From contig NIVC01002679.1 in assembly GCA_002269645.1 (NCBI GenBank), positions 1 through 64,000 of the forward strand: a stretch of 64,000 nucleotides of DNA, written 5' to 3'. Positions 1 to 12,685 of this stretch are shown here, piece by piece. A program made the position numbers and the translations under genes. The DNA comes from Macrostomum lignano (lineage: Eukaryota). The notes beneath the pieces were generated by a model. It worked only from the letters and a program-made list of their open reading frames with translations. It was not told the origin of the DNA and searched no databases. Numbering within the stretch: position 1 is the stretch's first letter; each line of letters starts with the position of its first letter.

Positions 1-128
1 GAAGGCGAAAGAGGCCAGAGAGAAGGCGAAAGAGGCCAGAGAGAAGGCGAAAGAGACCAGAGAGAAGGCGAAAGAGGCCAGAGAGAAGGCGAAAGAGGCC
101 AGAGAGAAGGCGAAAGAGGCCAGAGAGA
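1..128 (+). repeat. 21-bp tandem repeat (AAGGCGAAAGAGGCCAGAGAG), about 6 copies, runs off the window edge
   Basis: Direct reading. It translates as KAKEARE in one frame (open 2..277), but coding status is unsupported. Confidence 0.85.
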
Positions 129-697
129 AAGAGGTCGCATCCAGCATTCAGTCAAATAACAAAAAAATCGAACCTATTCCAAGTAATGGAGCCATTTGCA
201 TTCAAGTCCATCCCGCTGTTATCAATGGCGCCGCTATCGTCGCTGCAGAAGGCGTACAGCGGTCCGTCGCAGCCTAAATACAGACCGGACACTTGGCAGT
301 TGTGTACACACGAACAAAGACCTGCTGGTGCTGCTGTTGCGGTCCTCCATTAGAGCAGCAAGTTGCTCCGGCTCGACAATTCTCATTATAGGAATACACT
401 CTACGACTGCGAGTCAATGCAAAATAGCTGGCATCGCTGACCACTAGGCGGGTGATCTGCTCACCCTCCGGCGCGGCTAGGGTCAGGGCCAACAGGCTGG
501 ACCCGCCGCTTCCGCTGCTGGTTTTCAATCGTAGCCGATGCCGACACGATTCGGCGTGGTTGAAATGCCACACGCTGACGCTAGCGGCGCTGTACCGGAC
601 TGTGCGATCCGAGTCGCCGCAGGCCAGCTGGTCGCCTGGCCGGATCTCGCGGGTAGCAGCGTCATATCTGGTGTCAGCTGGAATTTTGGTGAGTTAC

Positions 698-988
698 TCT
701 CGGTGTGACCTGCTGGCTTAGCTACCGCTCTCAGTGTGACCTGCTGGCTTAGCTACCGCTCTCAGTGTGACCTGCTGGCTTTGCTACCGCTCTCAGTGTG
801 ACCTGATGGCTTTGCTACCGCTCTCAGTGTGACCTGATGGCTTTGCTACCGCTCTCAGTGTGACCTGCTGGCTTTGCTACCGCTCTCAGTGTGACCTGAT
901 GGCTTTGCTACCGCTCTCAGTGTGACCTGATGGCTTTGCTACCGCTCTCAGTGTGACCTGATGGCTTAGCTACCGCTCTCAGTGTGAC
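698..988. repeat. 31-bp minisatellite (GCTACCGCTCTCAGTGTGACCTG(C/A)TGGCTT(A/T)), about 9 copies
   Basis: Direct reading; it lies between two coding-like blocks (putative intron). Confidence 0.9.
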
Positions 989-2149
989 CCGAAGCTCTGG
1001 CAGCTCACCCTTGACTCCGGCGTCAGCGGCAGCGTCACTTTGCAGGGCTCGGCGGTGGCGCTCTTCAACACGAAGGCGGCGTGCCTGGAGCGCACACCAG
1101 CCCGGAGACGGCGGCACCAACGCCGAGTCCACCAGCAGCCACCGGCGGCCAGCCATCAATTCTGACGGCCTCGGCGTTGCGCCCGGAGCTGGCATCCAGG
1201 ACCAGAAGCCGGCCGCCCCGGCAAGCCAGCACCAGCCGGTGGCCTCTCTCGTACGCCGCAATGTCGACTACATCTGGCTCGGCGATGCGCTTAGCCGGCG
1301 AGTCCAAGCTGGTGTACACTAGCACGCCTACTCCCGGCTGCAGCAGTGCCACAAAATCTGACCCGGCAACCACTTTGGAGATGCGCGGCGTTGGCGCTTG
1401 CAATCGGCGAATAAGTCGACCAGTAGCCGCGTACTGCATAAGGGTTAGCCGGTCCTCGCCTTCGCCTCCGCTATCCGCCGAGTCCACGAAATTCTCCGGT
1501 ATAATATCGAGGCCAGAAGCTGAGCCGGGCCCGGCCGATTCGTCCACGATAGCGTCCGGCTGGACGCGGCGCAACGACGATGTCGACGAATTCGATGAAG
1601 ACAAGCCGAGACGCCTGACGGCCAGACAGTCCAGAAAGCACATGATGTGACAGGCCACCTGGCGAAGGTCCACATTTGAGGTGCCGGGCAGGCGCCAGTG
1701 CTGAATTGGCTGCCAGGCTGGCGAGCGGGGCAGCGCGTCCCGTTGAGATTCCTGCAGCCGGCGGAGCAGGCCGAGCAGCGGAGCCCGGGTCAGTCTGGCC
1801 GGCTTGCCCGCTCGCCGCAAATCGGCCAGGGTCTGCACCAGGTCCAGCAGGGCGGACAGGCGGCCCTCCTGGAAGCGGAAATCGCCCGGGTGGAGGGGAG
1901 TTTGATTGGAGGGTTCGCGTGAATTATACATGCCCAACACCCGGCCGACCCGGTCGATTGGGGTAAGTCGCAAAAACGCCGACCCGAAAAATACAGACGT
2001 AGTACTAATTAGCTGACGAGATATTTAGCCTTAATAATACAGTCATAGTTACTCCTGCCGTTTACCCAAAATTACGTTAGTTTTTTCTGTTTTTTATAGG
2101 TAAGGCGCATTTTTGGTCAAAAAGTAAGTTGCACGCGGGTAAAATTTTG

Positions 2150-2372
2150 AAGTTGGGCATGTATGGCGGGAACGAAGTCCACTTCAGACAGGTTCTTCAG
2201 AAAGGTTACTGGCTGTCTTTCACGATCTCTTCTTCATTTAATCTTCCCAGACACTGACAACTGCTCGATTCCTCCTCCCTTCCTCACAATATGGCCAACG
2301 AACTCCAACTTCTCTCTACAACAACCAGCTCTTAGCGGAACACCTTCATTCGCTGTGTGACTGGTCCAGCTC
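2150..2372 (-). mobile_element. Degenerate 3' end of an RTE-clade LINE ORF
   Basis: Minus-strand translation WTSHTANEGVPLRAG..LEFVGHIVRKGGGIEQLSVSGKIK*RRDRERQP resembles the RTE C-terminal pattern (W..RVTNEEVL..GHIMR..L.GKIEG.R.RGR), with a stop codon. Confidence 0.55.
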
Positions 2373-3699
2373 ACTCTCAGGATGCGCCTCGAAAAAGCAA
2401 AACTCTATTGCCTCGATTCTTCTCTCCATGAGAATGAGCATACACTAATTTTAATCCACTAATAAAGAAAGACAATGAACCTTCAAGTATAAGCGATGAA
2501 AACGGTACACAGGCCAATAAGCGTCCCTGGGTCACTTGCGTCGCCCATAGTCGTTCCAGATAACACAGGTAAAATAGGAAACAAGTGACTATAGACGATT
2601 CTAAAACGATGAGATGAAACGATGAGATTTTACAGCTCAAGTAATGCGTTCGTGACTCATAATAATAAAAAAATATAATTTATTACAGCTGTCCCAATGG
2701 GCAGATGTGCAACCGCATTGGGCGGAGCATCCGAAGGCTGCGTACGGCTGTTCAGTCCAAGGACTGGGGGTCACCACACCCTCAATTGCCCCAGCTAAAG
2801 CTGGCACCACCCATTTTACAGCTGGGTGAACTGAAGCAATGCAGAGTTGTTGCAATGACTCTTTAGCGATTCTTGTCACGGTAACGCTTTCAACGGGATT
2901 AAAGGTCATCCAGAGTTACACAAAGGTTATTCAGTGCACACAAAAATAGGTCATTGCGATGAGCATAAACAGGTCAATCAGTGCAAACAAAACTCAATTC
3001 ATTCGGTGCACAAAACAAAATGATTATTAGACTATAAAAAGGTCATCTCTCACCTGAAAGTGCAGATGCACCAATAGCGCCAGGCAGACTCGGCGCACCC
3101 GATCGGCGCCTCCCCGGCGCAGGCGGTGTCGCGCAGGAAAGCGGCGCCGCGTTCGAAAATACAAATCCAGGGCGACTGCGATTGGTCGGCAGGCGAGGCG
3201 CCAATTGAGGCGAGGCCTCTGCCAGGGGCAGCTGTTCAACTTGGCGCAGCATGTCGTCTAGCAGCTCCTGGCACATCGCCAAATCGGCGCCAGAATCTTC
3301 GTGGCCAGCAGCCGGGCCGGAGGAGCGCCAGGCGCGGCGAAGGAAAGCGAATGCGAACGAGGCGCCGCAGTTGGCGAACACTTCGCCTAGAGAGCGCGCC
3401 GGCGGCTGCGCGGCGGCGCAGGGCCGGAGCGGACGACACGGACGAAGGCAGCTCCGCCGGTAGCAGGTCGACGAATGCCGACGAATTGTCGCCGATGCCG
3501 TTGCAGGCTTCTTCGTCAACGCCTCTTCCGTCGATGGCGCCGGTCGTGGCGGAGTCTTCAGCTACGGGATGGCCGTCGCAGCAGGCGAGGATCTCGGCGT
3601 GTCGAGACAGCAGCTGGCGCAGCAGGCGGTCGCAGTAGGTGCTCGAGGCGCCGATGCTGGTGCGGAATTGATGCAGCAATTTCTGCGAACTTATTACAC

Positions 3700-3985
3700 T
3701 ATAACTGACTGATGGGAGATTCTCTGACTGATGGGAGATTCTCTGACTGATGGGAGATTCTCTAACTGACTGATGGGAGATTCTCTAACTGACTGATGGG
3801 AGATTCTCTGACTGATGGGAGATTCTCTAACTGACTGATGGGAGATTCTCTAACTGACTGATGTGAGATTCTCTGGTTGACTAATGGAGATTCTCTAACT
3901 GACTGATGGGAGATTCTCTGGCTGACTGATGGGAGATTCTCTGGCTGACTGATGGGAGATTCTCTGGCTGACTGACTGGAGATTC
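3700..3985. repeat. Approx. 19-25-bp minisatellite (ACTGACTGATGGGAGATTCTCT(A))
   Basis: Direct reading, about 13 units. Confidence 0.9.
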
Positions 3986-6845
3986 TTTCAATTGGTTCAA
4001 AAAATTCATCGAATCTTGAAGACAGCTTATTTATCCTACCTTTTAAAAGATAGTTTTATGATCTAAGAAGACCGACTTCTAGACAATTTTACATCCTAAT
4101 CTGTTTGATTTGCGCCATAAATTCGCTCACCGATGCCCGATTCGTCCAACCACCTGGCGAAGCTCGTCCGCCCGGCGCCTGCAAAACTGAGCATTTCGTT
4201 CTGGCCGACCAATCGACCACAGCGCGGCTGGATGAGGCAGGGCCAGTCCAGCATCCTGGCATTGAGCCAATGCAGCTATACCAGCGCTACCCTGTTTAGC
4301 ATCAGCTTCATCGACTAGCAACTCTCTAGTCAAAAGCTGTTCAATATGAGCTCCCCCGATACCAAAGCTGTCATCAGCATTGCCAGAGCTGTTTTGACGC
4401 AGCCGAAGATAGGCCTGACTATCTGGCGAGGCTAGCCACTGATTCCAAGCAGCATCATCAGCTGACAGCATGCTTGTCTAGACAACTGTCTGTGACAGTT
4501 TTTATTTGTCTTAATTAGTCCAAACTCAGAAAATTTCAGGGTTAATTTTAACTATTTGAAGTTATTGATATTTAATATAAATTAGAATAGACAATAGTTA
4601 GCAGGTCCTTAACTAGGGGTTGGACAAGATCTTTATCTTGATCTCAATTGTCAAGATCTTGGCACTTTTCTCAATCTTGATCTCAGTTTTGAGATCTCAA
4701 AAAAGTCAAGATTTGTGACTATATGACTAACAAGTCACAAACAAGCTCAATATTATGTAATAATTGTTTTTCCTTCTATTATTATCATTTTACACATTTA
4801 ACAAATAATAATATTATCACAAATAGATAGAATAGTGTAAATAGGCCTAATAGATGCTAATTAGGCTTAATCTCAAATCTCAATCATCTCAAAAGCATGG
4901 ATCTTCAAGAGTCTTAAAAATCTTGAAAATGTGATATTTTTACCCCTTATCCCTATGAAACATTATATTATAAATGGTTGAATAATTTGCAACATTTTAC
5001 AAAAAAAAACAATTAAATATGGTTGAGGGATTTAACCTACAAAGTGAAATTCTACAAATAGACAGACAGATAGACACAGACTTTAGATTTAATATAGAAG
5101 TATAGAAGTATACAAAGATCTTAAAGAAATCTTTGATAGGAAATACTGTTGCAACTAGTAGTACACTTAGTATTTTATTAGACACTATTGGCAATTAATA
5201 ATAACTTACTTTTAATCATAGCTTTATTTGATATAGATGAATTACATATAAAGATCAAACTATAACTATTATCAAACTTTAAATATTATATAAAAACAAT
5301 TTAAGGTCATAATTTTAAATAGGATCTAAATTATTAAGATTAGACAAGATAAAGTTCTAGTTTTTCATTAGGATACTACTAATAAGCTATGGGACCTTGG
5401 GATAATGCAATTGGGATAAAGGTTTTATCTAGTCTTTAACTATATATTATTATAAGATTCCTTAAAATGTTTACCATTGGGAACCTTAGGATCCCAATTT
5501 TTGTGAGAACTCTAGGATTTAATAAAGAAGGATCAAGATATCTAATCTCTAAATATAAATATCATTGGAATATCATTAGAGTTAAAGCTATTATAATAAT
5601 TATGATATAGATGTTGCTTAGTGGGAATCATTAGCTATATAAATATAAAGAACATGACTAAAATGTATTCTTTAAAAACATTTTAAAACCTTTTTTCTGT
5701 AGATAGTATAGAATTTAGAAAAAATATAAAGGATAGAATCAGGAATAGCTAAGTTAAAAAACTACAGTTTCATTTTGAATTTTGTGATTTAGTTCTGATT
5801 TCTAATTCAAAATTTACTAGTGCTAATAGTAACTAAACTAAAAGTAACTAAAGTTACTACTACTAGGAGCTAATAATAGCAATGCTAGTAGCAATACCAA
5901 TAGTATTCATTATGGACGCATATTAGCAAAAAAGTTGATTGGCTGTTTGGCACTGCTGCATTTTACTCAAATAACTTAAACACAACTTCTCAATACCGTT
6001 ACACAATGGAATGCAGTAAAGTAAAGATTGCCAGGAAAACTATTCTGAATCTGAATACTATAGCCTAATCCAATATACTAAAAATGAAAATCTTGCTTGC
6101 TTGTAATCGTCTGAATACTATAGCCTAAGGAAAACTATTCTGAATCTGAATACTAAGGAAAACTACTCAGAATACAAATGTTTAATTAACCAGCACACAG
6201 CATCAGGCAGCTGAAGTTCCATTGAAGTGCTGGGGTCATTTGGTGTTGCTGGGGTACATCCAAGAATTCACGAATTACAATTTTACTATTAAATAAGCAG
6301 TAGTAACAAAATAGATTCCTGGAATCTTGAATTCAACTGAGAATTTAAATTAATGTTCTCCGTTTTAAACTCTATAGTTTGCAGAGAATTAGGCAAATAA
6401 GTAAGTTAAAAGTAACTTTTACTAAATTAAGCATTCTTTGAATGACTATCTCATTAACTAAATAACACATTTTAATGCTTATTTGTTTAATTGTTTGCAT
6501 CTAAGACAGCATATTTTAACTTTAAAGTTTTACGAGAAATTTCTGGAACAGATATCGCAATCGCAAATATATATCATTATCAATTGAGTGGACCGCTTCT
6601 ACATAAAATATTCCAAGGGAATGGCCACTGAAGAAGCACTTCCTCCGGAAAACCCAGGTATTTTTAATGCAACGACAAAGCTCATAAGATCTACTTAAGA
6701 ACATGCAGTTATCGATGCTAGAGACTATAGATTGTAGTCACTACAATGTATTGTAAAACTTGACACAATATTTGTATAAAAATGGTCAGGATGAACTTGA
6801 AAGTAAATCCTAGTGAGCCTAACTATTTCCTATTTTAATTTTCAG

Positions 6846-7400
6846 AGGATACCGCCGTGCAGGAATTGAAAAAGAGAATCGCTGACGCTTTTGAGATATT
6901 CGACCACGAAGCAAATCAAACCGTCGACGTCAGAGAAGTCGGAACGATTATTCGTTCTCTTGGCTGCTGTCCTACAGAAGGTGAACTCCATGACATTCTC
7001 AAAGAAATGGAAGAAGAAGAGCCACTGCCGTACGTCACTTTCGATGCATTCCTTGGTGTTGCGATGAAGATTTTGCAAGAGAAACGCTACAAGCCTGCAC
7101 TAGAAGATCAGCTACTAAAGGCATTTCAAGTGTTAGACATTGAGAACAACGGCTATCTGACAAAAGAAGAAATCGAGAAGTACATGGTGGAGGAAGGTAC
7201 GACTACCATAACTTCAATTTCGTTAAAGCTGATTCAGCTCCAAATGGCCTTTTTACATATATCGCTTACAAAAACTTTCAGGCGAGCCATTTTCCACCGA
7301 GGAGCTGGAGGAGATGCTCTCGGCAGCCATTGATCCAGAAAAGGGCACCGTAATCTACAAAGAGTACGTGCCGCTCCTTGTTGTTGACGACGCTGTCTAA
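6846..7400 (+). CDS. EFCAB2: EF-hand calcium-binding protein 2 / dynein regulatory complex subunit 8 (exons 6846-7196 and 7282-7400; first coding exon not located)
   Basis: AFEIFDHEANQTVDVREVGTIIRSLGCCPTEGELHD is diagnostic of EFCAB2/DRC8. The phase-1 intron 7197-7281 (GTAC..TTTCAG) restores EEG-EPFSTEELEEMLSAAIDPEKGTVIYKEYVPLLVVDDAV*. Confidence 0.92.
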
Positions 7401-7865
7401 AGCTCTATCTGAACGTCACAACGAATTCGCGTTTTATATGAGATTGGAATTTTATTATATTGACTATTTTATCTCCTGATCAGCGTCAATGATGTACAAT
7501 TCTCTGCTGCTAAATCATAAAATATTAATTGTTCCCTTTTTAAGTTTCATCAAGTATAAAGAATTAACGACAAGTGAGTATCAGTGAACTAAATAAAAAT
7601 ATACAACGTCGCCTCTCTTGCTCCTGCGTAAAACAAGAAGTAAGAAGCTCAAGTAAATCCAAATCGAAGGCATCATGGCTAGCTTTATTCGCTATTGACA
7701 TACTTTATTATAGTTACTACTAGTAGTATCGTGTAGAAGCATTCAGTAAGAATTTTCTTGCAAGAATTCTTCACCGAGATTCTCCCGTCCAGAATTTGTT
7801 TCCCTGGTTTCGATTATAAACGCAGACCTTCCGACTGCTCCAAGGGAAAATCATAGAGATGCATC

Positions 7866-8017
7866 TGAGCTTCATCAGTAGACACCCACAGCAGACTCTC
7901 AGCTTCAGCAGTAGACACCCACAGCAGACTCTCAGCTTCATCAGGAGATAGACACCCACAGCAGACTCTCAGCTTCATCAGTAGACACCCACAGCAGACT
8001 CTCAGCTTCATCAGCTA
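7866..8017. repeat. 33-bp tandem repeat (CAGTAGACACCCACAGCAGACTCTCAGCTTCAT), about 4 copies
   Basis: Direct reading. Confidence 0.85.
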
Positions 8018-8427
8018 GACAGGATCGGCTCTGGAAGCCCTGGCCAACCTGCTGGAAGAGTCCGGCCTGATGGAGAAGAAGGGTTTCGAACAGCTGGCCA
8101 AATAGAGAATCCACATCAGGAACATTAAAAAAGTCGCCCACGCCGTGCACTTTATCCACACAACGAAAATTACACTACTACACTACTACTCAAATCTGAA
8201 CTAAGTACTATATGGTGATAAATATTCGAGCGATATTTTATGGATTGTACTTTTTTTAAAACACATTCAGCCAAAAATTTGATGTTATAGATGTTCAAGA
8301 GATCGAGTATCAGAGTTTGGGTGACTGGCTTGAGGAAATCAACAACATTCTCATTTAGATTTATTTTTGTGATGACACTCGGTTTTTTATGGAAATGCCA
8401 ATCTCAAGTGTTCTCAAATCGCAGTGT

Positions 8428-9628
8428 AAACCCTCCATCCTCTGCAGAGTAGTAGATCTCCGCTAAACCCTCCATCCTCTGAAGAGTAGTAGATCTCCGC
8501 TAAACCCTCCATCCTCTGCAGAATAGTAGATCTCCGCTAAACCCTCCATCCTCTGCAGAATAGTAGATCTCCGCTAAACCCTCCATCCTCTGCAGAGTAG
8601 ATCTCCGCTAAACACTCCATCCTCTGCAGAATAGTAGATCTCCGCTAAACCCTCCATCCTCTGCAGAGTAGATCTCCGCTAAACCCTCCATCCTCTGCAG
8701 AGTAGATCTCCGCTAAACACTCCATCCTCTGCAGAGTAGATCTCCGCTAAAACCACCATCCTCTGCAGAGTAGTAGATCTCCGCTAAACCCTCCATCCTC
8801 TGAAGAGTAGTAGATCTCCGCTAAACCCTCCATCCTCTGCAGAATAGTAGATCTCCGCTAAACCCTCCATCCTCTGCAGAATAGTAGATCTCCGCTAAGC
8901 CCTCCATCCTCTGCAGAGTAGATCTCCGCTAAACCCTCCATCCTCTGCAGAATAGTAGATCTCCGCTAAGCCCTCCATCCTCTGAAGAGTAGATCTCCGC
9001 TAAACACTCCATCCTCTGCAGAGTAGATCTCCGCTAAAACCACCATCCTCTGCAGAGTAGTAGATCTCCGCTAAACCCTCCATCCTCTGAAGAGTAGTAG
9101 ATCTCCGCTAAACCCTCCATCCTCTGCAGAATAGTAGATCTCCGCTAAACCCTCCATCCTCTGCAGAATAGTAGATCTCCGCTAAGCCCTCCATCCTCTG
9201 CAGAGTAGATCTCCGCTAAACCCTCCATCCTCTGCAGAATAGTAGATCTCCGCTAAGCCCTCCATCCTCTGAAGAGTAGATCTCCGCTAAGCCCTCCATC
9301 CTCTGAAGAGTAGATCTCCGCTAAGCCCTCCATCCTCTGAAGAGTAGATCTCCGCTAAACCCTCCATCCTCTGAAGAGTAGATCTCCGCTAAACCCTCCA
9401 TCCTCTGCAGAGTAGATCTCCGCTAAACCCTCCATCCTGTGCAGAGTAGATCTCCGCTAAACCCTCCATCCTCTGCAGAGTAGATCTCCGCTAAACCCTC
9501 CATCCTCTGCAGAGTAGATCTCCGCTAAACCCTCCATCCTCTGCAGAGTAGATCTCCGCTAAACCCTCCATCCTCTGCAGAGTAGATCTCCGCTAAACCC
9601 TCCATCCTCTGCAGAGTAGATCTCCGCT
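8428..9628. repeat. 34/37-bp minisatellite (AAACCCTCCATCCTCTGCAGAGTAG(TAG)ATCTCCGCT), over 30 copies
   Basis: Direct reading; two length variants that differ by one TAG. Confidence 0.95.
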
Positions 9629-9738
9629 TAAATTCTCTGCAAAGCACAGCTATGCACTGGCCATCCCACCAGTCAGAGAAGAGAGCAGTTTTCAAGCAGT
9701 ACGCATAAAAGTCTGCTGAAATCAATCAGCCAGTCGGG

Positions 9739-10047
9739 TCAGTTCAGTCTGCCAACAGTATTGCCGAACCGCATGCCTCTGCGCTGCGGTGGTGCCGTCT
9801 TCGCCTCCTTGGCAGCAGCGGGGGCGGCCCCCTTGCGGCACCGAGTGCAGTAGCAGGTCAGGGCCACCGCGGCAGCCAGCACCGCCACAGAGCAGCTGAT
9901 CACCAGGTAGTGCCACCATTGAAGACGCACCGCGGCGCCTCCGACGCCTTCACCGCCAGTAGTCTGACTGTCGGCTCCGGTAGCAACAATCGGCAGGCTG
10001 CACAATTCAAATAAGGACGCAGCGATGCGGTAGGCCCGAGCGCTCAT
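9739..10047 (-). CDS. Small orphan single-pass membrane protein (102 aa)
   Basis: ATG-initiated GC-rich ORF in AT-rich flanks. It has a hydrophobic helix WWHYLVISCSVAVLAAAVALTCYC followed by a basic Cys-rich juxtamembrane tail (CTRCRK). Confidence 0.5.
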   Translation of the reverse strand: MSARAYRIAASLFELCSLPIVATGADSQTTGGEGVGGAAVRLQWWHYLVISCSVAVLAAAVALTCYCTRCRKGAAPAAAKEAKTAPPQRRGMRFGNTVGRLN

Positions 10048-10631
10048 TGAAATTATGGAATTCGATGAAATTTACTGAAGACTCAAATCATTTTGCATTT
10101 TTGATTGCCCATGTTATTTTTATCCATGCTGTAAATTTCTGAAATCTTATTCTCAGAATCATCCAATTGCAAGCAGAGTAATATTTCTAGTCCGTACAGA
10201 CCAATAGGAATTTGCTATTCAATTTTTCTGTCAAAGATATCCACCCGAAGCAAAACGTTTGAAGTAAAATAACACACTATAATTTATTATTATAAATCAA
10301 GTCTACAAAATGAAAATAGTTATTGATATTAACAAAAGACGAAAAATATTTAATCGAACTATGAAGCATGCAAATGAAAATATGAATTTAATATGTATCA
10401 AGACTACCAGAGCCTACCACAAACAATTCCGCAGTGGAAATGCGCCAAATATAATAAAGTAGTATTCTAGATTATTAACACAGAATAGTAAAAACGTAAT
10501 GGCCATGCACTACTTGGATAAGGAAATTACAACTAATTAAAATAAAAATCAAATATAAACAGGCAACAGGATTGGCTATTCAGTGGTGTAAATAGGGGGG
10601 GGGGATACGGGGATATACCCCCCATTTTGAT

Positions 10632-10950
10632 GAACCAATGACAACGTTGTATTAAAAGTGACCTTGAAAATTACCAAGGCCGTTTGTTTCTACTAGCTAC
10701 CGGCTCAGATAAGTCACATGGCAATTGTTCTATCCAATGACAACGTCGTACTAACGAGCGCAGAAGTGACCTTGGGAATCTCCCGACCGTTTGTTTCTAA
10801 TAGTTGAATCGTTATATAGGCTCAGATCAGACATGTGACAAATGTTTACTCCAATAACAACGTCGGTATAGAAGTGACCTTGGAAAGGCCCCACCGTTTC
10901 TACTAATTACTACTAACTAAATCGTTATTGACTCAGTAGTCACGTGCCAC
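10632..10950. repeat. Degenerate approx. 100-115-bp tandem repeat, 3 copies
   Basis: CCAAT(G/A)ACAACGT...AAGTGACCTTG...CCGTTT recurs at about 10636, 10735 and 10851. Confidence 0.6.
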
Positions 10951-11230
10951 ATTCCGTCCAGTAACTAATGGCTTATCATAGTTAGCGTACTGTAATTCTA
11001 TTACCTTAACAGAATAGTGAACATAAAAAGCATTTGGTTATTAAGATTTCGTCCACTAATCCAGTAAATGAATAAAAATCTGCTTATTTAAATGTCAACT
11101 GAGCTTGGGTTCATGATAAAACTTTACCAATTTATGAGTTTATGAGTTAAACAAACACAGATTAATTTAAACAAAGCTTCTCGATCTCACTCCAACCGGA
11201 ACGCATCTAACCATGAACCCATCTAACGAT

Positions 11231-12290
11231 TCACAATGGCGTTGAAATCTCGCGGTCGAACAGGCCGGAAAGCGACGTTGACCTACGAGGCGGATACTCG
11301 GAAATCGGCGCCAGGCGTCGGTTGATGGTGAACCGGCTGGGACCGCCGCTTCCGCTGCTTCCGCCGCCGCCACCGTCAGGCAGAAACATGGCACCCCGCT
11401 GCGGCAACCTTCTGCGCGCTCCGCTGCCGCCGCCGCCACCTCCTCCAGCGCCATTTTCCGCGCCGCCGCCTAGCGCGGACTTGAAGCCAACCAGAACGAA
11501 GCCCGGCTCGCGGCCCGACACGTGGCTGAGAGTCGGCCTTGGGGCCGAGTGCGACCGCTTTACCGCAGCAACTCGGCGATTCACCGACCCGCCGCCGCCG
11601 CCGCCGCCGCTGCCGCCGCCGCCTCCTCCGCCTGCTGCACCTCGCCGACCGCTCTTTGTCTTTGCAGTCTTTGTCTGCTTGAACGATGGCGCCGCCGGGT
11701 CGTAGGTTTTGTTGCTGACTAAAAATCGTTTCAGACAGCGCTCGCTCCAGTCTAGCATTTGGGCAATTTTTGAGCACTGCTCAGGCGGACAGTCGGCTTG
11801 ATCTTCAAGCAGCAACAGCACCTGCTTGAGCCGGCTTCTGGCTTCCAGGTACTCCGTTACCATCGGGCCGGGACTCGCGCCCGAACGAGCGTCGATCCAC
11901 TTCTCCAGATCCCAGAGCATGGCCTTGAAGGACAGCAGATGCGGCTTGAGAAGGTCCAGCTGGGCCAGGACCGCCTGGGCCGAGCCGGGGTCACTCGGTG
12001 CATTCGAAATAGTGTCGAACTGAGCCGAGCCGCCTCCAAAGCCGCTGAAATTGGACGCTGAGAAGTCGCCGCCGATGTTGTCAAATGATGTCATTGGCGG
12101 GGCAGACGTGGGTCCGTCGGGCGGCTCGCTGCCGTGACAATGTCGATGGTGTCGTTGGTGGCGTCGGTGACGGCGACTCTCGCCGTCGTTGTCGCTATCG
12201 TCGTCGTTTTGTCGCCGACGCCGACGTTTTTCCAAGTAGACAAACAGGCCGAGAGCGGCGCCTGGAGCGACGCAGTTGAGGTTGATGGGG
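11231..12290 (-). CDS. Uncharacterised protein exon (at least 334 aa): basic/acidic low-complexity N-part, helical domain, Gly-rich tail
   Basis: Long GC-rich ORF. The frame stays open upstream of the tool's TTG start to about 12295, which suggests an upstream splice acceptor. No confident family assignment. Confidence 0.65.
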
Positions 12291-12397
12291 ATCAGGGATT
12301 CTCAGTTTAGAGATTTTGGGTTCGATCTAATAGCTGGTGAGAATGCTAATTCATGGTTAATTGTAGCTCCTGGCCAACAAAAATCCATAAGAAAACA

Positions 12398-12610
12398 GCG
12401 ACCGGGGACAGAGTAGCCGCGTCTGACTCATCTTTCGTTACGAACCTTGGTTCGATCCGTGCGCGGCCCAATTCATTTGTCGTGCGATTCACATGACATC
12501 CCCGAGGGCCAGCCCCCAAGGAACAGAGAGTGTACATGCCTGACGATTAGACAGTCAGGGCTGCTGTACACCCTGTGTGAGCTGTGTGTATGAGTGCGAG
12601 CCTGCCTACA
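12398..12610 (+). mobile_element. tRNA-derived SINE (variant head, shared body)
   Basis: Box-B-like GGTTCGATCC. The body CCCCCAAGG.ACAG..AGTGTACATG.CT.ACGAT...AGGGC.GCTGTACAC.C.TGTGTGAG is shared with the copies at 24012, 59505 and 62206. Confidence 0.6.
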
Positions 12611-12685
12611 GAATTGTAAAGAATTGTAAAAGGATGCCACCGAACGCAAAATGCCCTCAACTTTCCTGTAAATATTCAGCTCGTA

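Larger units (their letters stand above)
150..4471 (-). pseudogene. Multi-exon GC-rich coding-like locus with apparent frameshifts; possible F-box plus beta-propeller protein
   Basis: Coding-like blocks at about 4471-4132, 3682-3052, 1870-1005 and 680-150, with GT/AG-like edges and minisatellite-filled gaps. VACHIMCFLDCLAVRRLGLSS resembles an F-box, and the downstream ISKVVAGSDFVALL / ITRLVVSDASYFAL strands resemble propeller blades. The best reading frame switches near 3400, 1085 and 330, and splice phases do not reconcile, so this is either a decayed gene or indel errors. Confidence 0.35.

Noticed and set aside
2-277. Plus-strand KAKEARE-repeat ORF with its stop overlapping a minus-strand stop
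   Set aside because: The post-repeat part is better explained as the antisense shadow of the minus-strand coding-like block; there is no start or other support in the window.
8428-9628. Regular array superficially like CRISPR
   Set aside because: Units abut with no unique spacers, there are no cas genes, and the context is eukaryotic. The same applies to all other arrays.
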